DNA of 64,000 bases from Actinomycetes bacterium (lineage in GTDB: Bacteria > Actinomycetota > Acidimicrobiia > Acidimicrobiales > GCA-2861595), in contig JAHFUS010000003.1 of assembly GCA_023264975.1 (NCBI GenBank), positions 26,921-90,920 of the forward strand, read 5' to 3'. Shown in pieces: positions 16,525 through 26,700 of the stretch (positions are counted from its first letter, which is position 1; the number at the start of each line of letters is the position of its first letter). The position numbers and the translations under genes are program-made. Under the pieces are notes generated by a model, which was given only the letters and a program-made list of their open reading frames with translations, ran no database searches and was not told where the DNA came from.

Positions 16525-17766
16525 GTGCGATCGTTCAAGACGGTCGCCCGCGGCTCGCGACCCTTCGGGGGCGCGACGGCGGGCGGCCCCAGACGGGCGC
16601 GCCGGTACGGCGTGCCGGCCGCCGCGGCTGCTGCCATGGCTGCCGCTCTCGTGTCCGTCGCCGGGAGCGGCGGCGACCCGGCGCAGCGGATCAGCGCCGG
16701 CGGCTCGGCACCGGGCGGCGCCACCGCTCAGATCGCCGCTGCTGCGGCTGCGCCGGCCGCCCCGGGCCCGCCCCGGGCCTTCACCACCACCCTCGGCGTG
16801 GGCACCGTCAACGGCCGCGCCCGCATCGAGCGCTCGCTCGGGTGCGCGGCGGGTGGTGATGCCGACTACTGGCACTTCTCGTCCGAGGCGCCGCTGCCCG
16901 CCGGCGTGATCACCGGACCCCAGTCGACGCTCGCAGGCGACGCCCGCCTGTTCGCCGACCTGCACTCGCCCTTCCACGCCGTGCGGGCAACACCGGAGCC
17001 GGTGGCGGGGCCGGCCAACGAGTCGGCCTTCCTGCTCCCCGACGCCAGCCGGGTGGCCCTCTCCAACCAGCGGGGCACTGTGAAGCTCAAAATCGGCTCG
17101 GGTACCTGCGCCCGTGACGGCCAGACGCTCGACTTCGACGGCACCACGGCCAGGACGAACGAGAAGCCCGGCACGTGGAGCATCGTCTCGGCCTCCGGCA
17201 GCTACCGCTCGGCCGCCGGTTCGGGCGACTTCGACCTCGAGGCCGACGTGTCGCCCGGCGCCGACAACCCCTGGAAGCTCGTCCTGCGGGGCGGCGTCGG
17301 CGTGCTCCAGCCCGCCCTCCAGGTCACCGTGGCGGAGACGTACTGGGGCCGCGACGGCGTCGACTACGCCAAGCGCCAGGTGGCCGTCGCCTACGACGTC
17401 ACCAACACAGGCCCCGGCGACTCCTTCGCCACCTTCCTCCAGACGGCGTCGTCACCCACCCCCGGCGCATCATTGGTCGCCATCATCATCAACGGCGACA
17501 ACCTCCTCATCGACGGCAACACGCCGGTCGGCACGTTCCCCCGGTCCCTCGGCGACCTCGCCTCGGGCGAGACCACCCGGGTCACGCTCAAGTGGCAACT
17601 GCCCCTGCCCTCGGGCAGCCCGCCGTGCGGTCTGGTGATCCTCAACTGCCGGTTCGACACCACCCTCGGCTTCCGGCTGCCGGACGCCCTCGACGTGGCG
17701 GCATCGCCCGACCCGTCGTTCACGCTCCATGTCAATGCCCCCAACCTCCCGCCGCCTGTCTCATGA
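16525..17766 (+). CDS. Exported hypothetical protein (413 aa), first gene of the giant-protein operon
   Basis: GTG at 16525 is in frame with track ORF 16438-17766. The N-terminus RRARRYGVPAAAAAAMAAALVSVAGS looks like a (possibly Tat-type) signal, followed by an Ala/Gly linker. The C-terminal half (VAVAYDVTNTGPGDS ... TRVTLKWQLPLP) resembles CARDB-like Ig folds. Its stop overlaps the next start (ATGA). Confidence 0.6.
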   Translation: MRSFKTVARGSRPFGGATAGGPRRARRYGVPAAAAAAMAAALVSVAGSGGDPAQRISAGGSAPGGATAQIAAAAAAPAAPGPPRAFTTTLGVGTVNGRARIERSLGCAAGGDADYWHFSSEAPLPAGVITGPQSTLAGDARLFADLHSPFHAVRATPEPVAGPANESAFLLPDASRVALSNQRGTVKLKIGSGTCARDGQTLDFDGTTARTNEKPGTWSIVSASGSYRSAAGSGDFDLEADVSPGADNPWKLVLRGGVGVLQPALQVTVAETYWGRDGVDYAKRQVAVAYDVTNTGPGDSFATFLQTASSPTPGASLVAIIINGDNLLIDGNTPVGTFPRSLGDLASGETTRVTLKWQLPLPSGSPPCGLVILNCRFDTTLGFRLPDALDVAASPDPSFTLHVNAPNLPPPVS

Positions 17767-20700
17767 GGACTTCCATGAACGCCCTGCGCACCTTCGGCCC
17801 GATGCGCCGGCCGTGGCTGCTCTTCATCGCCGGCGTGCTCCTGATCGGCGCCGTCCTCGGCAGCCGGTCAACGGTCGACATCTCGGGTGCGGAGAAGACG
17901 GCCGTGCCCTTCCCGTCGCTCGTCTACGGCATCGAGGCAGAGTCCAACGGGCACCAAGCCTCGATCCTCAACCTCGGCATCGGCTACCTCAACACGCTCC
18001 AGGCGCCCTTGCCGGTGGACGTCGACGGCGACCTGCTGCCCGACGTCACCGTCGCTGTGAACCTGGTCGACACCCAGGGCCTGCACAACCCGCCCCAGCC
18101 GGGCGACATCATCCGGCCCAACGTCGAGATCAACCGCTTCCCCCTCGAGCTGGGCACCACCCTGCTCGGCCGCCCCAGCCCGCCGCTGAAGATCAAGGTG
18201 GTCTTCAAGATCTACGACCTCCAGGGCGAGACCGACACCATGACGGCCAAGTTCGGTTACGACACCGGGCCCGGCGGGTCCATCCCCGGCTACTTCCAGG
18301 CGACTCTCGACGGCATCACCGACTTCTTCAGTCCGGTCACCGCCACCATTTCCACCAAGGGCGACATCATCACGCAGAGCTCGGCCCCCCTCTGGTACCA
18401 GGGCCCGCTCACCGTGATCGGCGGCTTCCAGCAGGGCGCCTTCAAGGCCGACCTCGGCCTCGGGTACGCCCCGTTCCCCGACAAGGTGGCCGTCACCTAC
18501 CGCCACGACGACGCCGGTGACCACATCGACTACACGCACGCAGCCGAGGGAGAGGTGGACCTGCTCACCAAGGCGGTGGTGGAGGACAAGGGCGAGCGAA
18601 TCGACGTGGCCGCAAACGTCAGCCGCCTGCCCCGCACCCTCGGCCTCGACCTGCTCAAGGCGGCCCAGGGCGGCGCCGTGCACTTCGACACCACGGCCGA
18701 CGGGCGCCTCCCCGACGCCGACGTGCGGTTCAAGGGGCCGCTGCTGGGCGACGTGTTCGACGCCCACCTGGCCATCGAGGACCTGCCCACGTCCATGGAT
18801 GCCAAGTGGTCCCTGCCCAAGGACGGACCGATCAACGCGATCTTCGACTCCTCGGGCCAAGGCATAGGGGCCATCGAGGCGGAGATCCAGAACAGGAACG
18901 GGGCGCCCACCGGCCTGCCCCCGTTCCTGTTCGCCGAGAAGCAAATCGCAGCGGCCCAGCTCAACACCGCCACCGACGCGTTGCGCCTCGGCGCGCGCCT
19001 CGAGCGCATCCGCCACGCGGAGGTGGCGGCCACGCCGGCCGGAAACGTCGACGCCACCATCAACATCGGTGACGGCGAGCTGCCGCTCCAGCTGGCCGGC
19101 TTCGTCGACCTCCGCAGCAAGGGTGGACCGCTGATCGACGCCTCGTCCACCTTCTCGCCACTGCCCGGCACCATCGGCGTGTCCCTGAAGCCGGCGGGTG
19201 ACAACCAGAGGACCGACCCGCTCAAGTTGGTGTACTCGGCCAGCGAGGCGGTGGATGTGGACGCGAGGGTGCTCGTGCGCACCAAGGACGCCACGTCCGC
19301 CACGTGCGGCGCCTCGGGCGTGATCTGCGGCGATCTGCGGATGCGCCACATCCCGACGCGCATCGAGGCCCGTATCGGCGGGTTCACGAACGCCGAGGGC
19401 AAGCAGGAGACCCGCATCGAGACCGACACCGTCGGCCCCGGCCACGTCGACGTGTTCGCCGACGTGAAGGTGGGCCCCGACGTGGTCAACGGTGTCCCCG
19501 CCCAGCTGGCGGGCAAGCCGCTGGTCGCCCGCCTGGAGATGCTGGGCCTGGCCAGGAACGCCCGGGTGCGCACCATCGAGGGCCAGGACGACACGCTCCA
19601 GCGCACCGAGTTCCACTCGTGCGCCTTCGACTATGCCGCCGACGCCTGCCCCGCCGGCACACAGGGCGACCGCATCGGCGCTCTCCAGTTCGGGGTGGCC
19701 AACTTTCTGCCCACGGCCCGGCCGGCCGACCTGCCGCCCGCCTACGCGGCGACCCCGAACTTCGCCACCATCACCGCTCGCGGGCGCAGCAACGGCACGT
19801 CGGTGGACTTCGAAGCCACCGGCCGGGTGAGCGACATCCGCGAGCTCACCTACGTGAACCAGGGGGCGTTCGGGTACCGCAGCGACATCGGGGGCGGCGG
19901 CGACCTGGCCACCCTCGTCGACGTCGACAACATCGCCTTCGGCGCCGGCGGCCCCGGCTCGGACCTGTTCGACGTCACCGGCAACGTGCTCATCCACCCG
20001 CTGCCCCAGAGGATGTCCTTCTGCCTGAACGCTTCCGGCCAGGCCATCGTGGCGCCGCCCTCGTCGATCACCGCCCCGTGCCAGGACAAGAACCCGTTCT
20101 CCGCGGCGGCCAACCGGCCGTCGCTGACCAAGTCGCCGATGTCTGTCGCATACGACGGGTCCAGGGGCGACGGCAGCGCGCAGGAGTTCGACGTCGATGT
20201 CGACGCCGAACTGCTGGCCCACAACGGCGCCGGCACCGACGACGACCGTCGCGTGCGCGGCACCCTCGACATCGACCACATCCCGGCCACCATCCATGCC
20301 CACGTCCTCGACCCGAAGGACCAGGCGGCAGGCGGGCCGCTCAAGGTCCTGGTGGACGCACCCACCCTCGGCCCGCAATTGACGGTCTTCGCCAAGGCGA
20401 GCCTGCTCGACGGTGACCTGCAGTGCGAGGACCCCCGTGTCCCCAAGCGCATCGACAGCGACACCACCCAGGCGTCCGTGTGCGCCCAGGGCCGGATCAA
20501 CAACGTGCCCAACCGGATGACGCTCGCGTACGACGCCGACGCCGCGACCGACAACTTCGTGCTCGACGGCACCGGCGAGAAGCAACTCAGCTTCACCGAC
20601 CTCAAGGTCGCGGCCGTCACCCGCGACGAGCCGACGGCCGACGACCCGCCCGGCACGGCCGCCCGCGCCCAGGTGCTGGTGGCCACCGGCGAGATCCTCG

Positions 20701-23700
20701 GCCTGCCCAAGCGGGTCGAGGGCACGCTCAAGACGCCCGCCCCCGGCCGGCCCGACGATCCCGTGCTGATCGACCTCACCGGCACGCCCCTCCTGGTCGA
20801 CCAGATCAACGCATCCGTCCGCAACTTCATCGCCCCCGACCCCATCCCCGACATGCCTGCGCAACGCCAGGGCCTGGCCGACCCCAAGGCCATCGGTGGC
20901 GACGGCAAGCCGGCCGGGGACTGGGCCTCGTTCATCCAGCGGGGCGACGCCTTCAAGGCCGACGTGCACGTCAGTTCCATCAAGCGGGTCGGCTTCAAGA
21001 ACCAGGTCGACGCCAACGGCAAGGCCCTCGACACCAGCGTGGTGAGCGTGGACTTCGGAAAGGACAAGGTCGTCCGCGGCTACGTCGACATCGACAAGGA
21101 CGGCACCGACCGCCTCATCGGCGACGTAACCATCGAGGACATCCCGGCCGGAATCCAGGTGTGCGTCCGGCCGCCCACCACCAAGAACATCACGCCGGCC
21201 GCCGGCACCGCGACCTTCTGCGACAACACTCCCGCCCCGGTGGCGGCACGGGCCAAGACCGGCGCCTTCGAGGCCCGCATGTCCTCCGCCGTCGGCGCCC
21301 AACTCGACGTCGACGCCTTCGTGCGCAGCGCCAAGGGGGGCGGCGCCGACATCCTCTCCGCCCGCGTCGACATCGACAACATCCCCAACGTGGTGCGTGG
21401 CACCTTCGGCGACGGCAAGGTCGACGTCGGCGGCTTCACCCTCGCGGGTGTGCCCGACGGCATCGACCGCATCTACGCCAACGCGGCGAGCTTCGACCTG
21501 TCCGACGACCTCAACCGATCGGACGACGGAGACGGCTGGACGCCGGCCACCCGTCCCTACAGCCCCCGCTTCGTCACCAGGACGCCGTTCCCGACCCCGT
21601 TCCCGGCCGGCCAGCACGTGGCCGTGCGGGCCGACGACGCCGACTTCGAGGTGCGGGCCCGCATCGGGGCGGTCGAGCCGAGCGTGGAGCCCGCATCCGA
21701 CCTGCACCGCATCCAGCTGTCGGACACGCCGTGCGGCAAGCCCGTCGGGGTGGACTACGGGTCCGGGGCACCCGACTACGGCCCGCGTCCCGACTTCCCG
21801 TTCCTGCCGGACGACGGTTCCAAGTACACATGCATCCGGGGTGACTTCGAGCCGGTGGGCCCGACCGAGGTCGACCCCCTCGACCTGTCGGTGATCATCG
21901 ACAAGGGCGGCAAGCGGCTGTCGCTGGAGAAGGGCCTCCTCGACGACATTCCCGAGTTCTTCCAGGTCAACGTGGCCGACGCCAACCCGCTTCAGAACCA
22001 GGACGACCGCCGCCTCCGGCCGCACTGCATCGGCCTGGGTCGTACCCAGCCGGCCAACTGCGTGGCCCCCCTGGTGCGCCTGGACACACCGGGCAACGCC
22101 AGGCTGAGCGGCATCGTGCAGTACGGCGCCCTGGCCGACCTGGGCCGCCTGGGAACGGTGAGACCTCGTGAGGCGTTGCCGGTGGACGTCGACAGCGCCG
22201 GCAACATCGCCTTCGCCGGCAACGAGATCCGTGCCCGCATCGGTTCCTTCGGAGCCAGCACAGCCGCCCGCGCCGCCTTCCGCATCCCGATCCCGGCCTC
22301 GTTCACCATCGACCAGGTCCAGAGCTGGTCGATGAGCAACGTCAGCGGCAAGCCGAACTACCTCGACGCCAGCGACCTGCATTTCCGCTACGCGGCCCGC
22401 AACCCCGACGGCTCGTCGATCGGCGTACTGCTCAAGCTGAGCGCCATGATCCACTCGTCCGCCGACGGCACCCAGATCCTGCTGTCGGACGACGACCCGA
22501 GCCAGGGCGTGCAGATCCCGGGCGACCTCGGGGTCGAGATGTTCACCCGCAACCACAACGGCAACGGCCGGAACTTCCTCCAGATCGACGGCCGGTCCAC
22601 TGCGCCCGACCTCGACCTGCGGGCCCGGCTCCTCGGCACCGGTGGCAGCCCCATCGGCCGCCTCGACGCCCAGGTCCGCAACGTGCCGCCGGCGGCCACC
22701 GCCTACCCGGCGACCAACGCGCCGCTGACCGCCTATGGCGAGCCCTCGTTCCGCATCCGGGCAGAGACGCTGGGCGAGGGCAAGGAGCCCCCGGACCCGT
22801 CGGGTGCGGATAGTGCCAGCGGAGGCGAGCCGCCCAAGGAGAAGGAGTGCTCGCCGCTCCTCTGCATCCTCACCCAGGTGCGGCTCAAGAGCGTGAACGT
22901 GCAGTTCGACTTCAAGCCCGGCACGTCGCCCACGTACGCCCGTCTGCTGGAGGCGGTCATCCGCACCGACGGCACCAAGAACGGCGTGGAGGTCCGGGGC
23001 TTCTCGGTCATCGACAACGACGTCGACAACGACGGCGTGATCGACCAGAACATCGCCTCGCCCTTCCTGGCCGGCGCCCAGCTGGACGTGGACCCGATCA
23101 ATCTGTTCGTCCACGCCGGCATCCCTTTGCTCGCCAGCCTCGACTTCATTCTGCTGTCCGACCTCGACGCCGCCGCCAGCGTGGGCGGCAACTTCAAGAA
23201 CGGCACGATCTGGAGCACGGGCCAGTACGACCCGGGCGGGCTCGTGCCCCAGCTCGAGGGAGCCGGCTCCACCAACTTCAGCCTGAAGCAGAACCTGCTC
23301 AAGATGACGGTGTCCAACAACGGGCCGGACGGCTCGTTCTCCCAGATCGGCCCGATCGACTTCAACGTGAAGGTGATGCACGGCGAGGCCTGGGGCCTGT
23401 TCGTGAAGCTCCTCGGCGTCGACTGGGTGCCGCCCGGCTCGTCGCTGCGTCTGCCGTTCATCGAGTGCAGCACCCTCGGCGCCCTCAACAGCGAGGTCGT
23501 CAAGGTTCCGGAGCCGCTCATCGACGGCGACGGCGACGGCAGCAGGAGCGTTGTCCCCTGGCCGTTCTATTCCGTGCTCCACCCGCCCGGGAAGATCGTC
23601 TACAGCGGCCTGCTGGGCGGGGCGCTCACCCTGGTGGGCGACCTGGCCGGGCCGTTCTTCTGCGTGCTCGACACCGATCAGGACCTGATCGACGACGGGG

Positions 23701-26700
23701 CCAAGCCCCACCCGGCGGACCCACTCGGTATCGGCATCACCCAGAGCAAGGTGCCCGAGGCGCGCGTCGACGGGTCGCAGTTGGTGCAGTCGGCGGACGA
23801 CACGGGCCCCGACCTCCTGCCCGACATCACGGTCGGCAACTCCACGCCGGCAATGTGCGGGACGAAGAGCTACAACAACTTCACCATCCCGTCCGGCGTC
23901 ACCCTGAACGTGGCCACGGCCGCCGACGCCACGAAGATCGACGGCGTCGACGCCTGCCCCGCAGGGGCGGAAGGCACGGTCGAGATCGTCGCCACCGGGA
24001 ACGTCACGGTGAACGGCGTCCTCGAGGCCGGCAACCGCATGATCCTCACCAATGCCTCCGGCAACGGCGGTGGCGGCCACGGCGTGCCCCCGTTCCTCAT
24101 TTTCCCGGAGGAGGGCCGCGGCGGCAACGGTGGCACCAGCGGCTCCGGCGGGCCGGCTTACGGCGACCGCTTCGGCGACTTCGACATCGAGGTCGGCCGG
24201 GCAGGGAGCGCCACGACGACGCCCGCCGGTAACGGCGGCGACGCCGGCAAGGGCGGCGGCAGCATCAAGATCATCGCCGACAAGCTCAGCGTGGGCCCGT
24301 CCGGCGCCGTGCGGGCCGATGGCGGCGGTGGGTCATCCAAGGGCACCAGCCCGGCGGATTGCTTCGACCCCGACGTCGACGGCAACGGCCCCGACACGGG
24401 CCACCCGAACATCGGCTTCGCCGGCGGTGGCGGCGGTGCGGGTGGCGGCATCGTGCTGCACCTGGCCGAGTACGCGGTGGCCGCGGGCGGCTCCGTCAGC
24501 GTCAACGGTGGGCCGGGCGGCGCCGGCTCCCGCGGCGGTGGCGGCGGTGGCGGTGGCGGCAACGTCAAGCTGGACACGGCCCTCGTGTCCGGCGCGGTTC
24601 CCACCGCCACCGGGGGCGCCGGCGGGGCCGACTTGTGCGGTGGGAACAACACGGACGACCCCGGGACGGCGGGCGGCGGCGGCGACACCTACGGGAACCC
24701 GCCGGTGAACGTGGCGCCCAAGAGCCGGGTCGACATCCGGAAGCTGTCGGACGCCGACCTCAAGAACTTCAGCTTCTGGAACACCACGGCCGGCGACAAG
24801 TCGCTGGTCGTGCCCTACCAGGCCGCCGCCGAGGTCGTCGGCGCAAGCGACGACTTCGACGTCGTGCTGTGCGCCACCCCGCGGACGACGGCGATCGACC
24901 TACCCACCGACAAGTCGCTGTCCGAGGTCCTCATGCCCGCCCAGCCGGGCAACGTGAGCCTCGACAATCCGTGCGGCACGTTCGGCATCGGGACCATCGT
25001 GGGGAACCCTGGCCTGGGCCAGCCCGGCGTGCAGGCGGTGAAACACTTCAGCGGCCGACGCACCACGTCGACCTTCTCCGTGGCCTCGATGGCCGAGTCC
25101 TATTACGGCCTCTACACCATGCTGTGGAAGACCACGGCCGATGGCAACGACTGCTTCAACCCATTCGACCAGGGCTACGACCCCTTCAACCCCACAAGCG
25201 GCCGGCTGTTCGACGTCGCCCGCTGCACGGCAGAGCCTGCGCCCACCAGCCCCGACCTCAGCATCGGGATCGACAACGCGGCGCCCAACATCCAGAACCT
25301 CGTCGTAAACGGCGTCACCGTGCGGGGCGGCGACGGCAGCCCCGTGGCCGGCGCCCAGCCCGTGTCGTCCAGCGCCGGCACCATCGCCATCAGCTGGAAC
25401 GACACCGACAATCTGTCCAAGGTGGTCGGCCGAGAGTGCACCGGCGCCAACGGCGCGATCGGGTTCCGGAACTGCGTGAGCGGCCAGACGGTCGCCATGA
25501 CGAACGGTGACGGCACCAAGACGGTCGCCGTGAGGCTCATCGACGGAGCGGGGAACACGGACACCTTCACGGCCACCGTGCTGGTGGACACCACCGTGCC
25601 CGCCTCGTCTGGCCAGGTCATGACGGCCACGGCCACTCAGCTTCAGAACGGCTGGTTCCTCAGCTCCCCGGGCTTCCGCCTGTTCGGCTACAACGACGGC
25701 GCCGGCACGGGTGCGCCGGCGGTGCCGTGGGAGTACCAGTTCGACGACGGCGACCTCAAGCCGTGCAACGACCTCGACTGCACGATCGGCGACGGCCCCG
25801 GCGAGGACCTGCCGGGCATCGGGCGCCACCGGCTGCGCTGGACGGCGATCGACAAGGTGGGCAACAAGTTCACCGCCGACGACAACCCGAACACCCCGGG
25901 CGTCGACGGCCGTCAGCAGCTGGCCGTGAAGGTCGACGGGGCCAAGCCGATCTCGGCCCTTCTCAGCGTGCCGGCCACTCCCAACGGGGCGAACGGCTGG
26001 TACTCAGGGGCCACCTGGATCACCTTCGGTGCCTTCGACCAGCCCGGCGCATCCGGGTTCAAGAAGGCGGTCGACGACACCACCCAGATCGGCGGCGTGG
26101 CGTTCCAGATCACCCACGAGGGCGTCACCACGCCGGGCACGTTCGACGTGGCCAACCCCTCGCCCGTCCGACTCGAACCGGGCACCTCCACGGTGTGCTG
26201 GCAGGCCAAGGACCAGGCCGGCAACGTCGACCTGTCGATGGCCGACCAGTGCCGCACCTTCAAGGTCGACGAGGCCGACCCCGTCACCAGCCTGCCCACC
26301 ACGGCCAACACGCCCGACGGGGTCGCCGGGTGGTACACGACCAAGCCGGTCGTCAACCCCACCGTCGCCGACGGGGGCACCCTCGGCTCCGGGGTCGGCA
26401 CCGACACGGTGAACCTGTGCACCCAGAACCCGCTGATCGCCGCGCCCGCTCCGACGGGCACGTGCATCTCGATCGACGGGGCGCCGTTCATCCCGGTCGA
26501 CCACAACGCCGACAAGTACCTGGTGACGCTGGGAGAGGGGCTGCACGAAATGCGGGCCTTCTCCACCGACGCCGCCGGCCGGCGCTCGGCCATCACCACG
26601 AGGCTCTACCAGGTGGACCTGTCCAACCCGGTTGCGGTGGCCCGCACCATCATGGCGAGGGCGTCGGCCGGGAAGTGGTGGCGTGAGGTGCCCACGGTTG

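Noticed and set aside
17868-24080. A 2070-aa ORF on the minus strand, antisense to the giant gene.
   Set aside because: The translation is a monotonous Arg/Gly/Asp/His/Val-rich string with no motifs, signal or domain-like segments. It mirrors the codon-position GC skew of the plus-strand gene. This is the typical shadow ORF of high-GC DNA.
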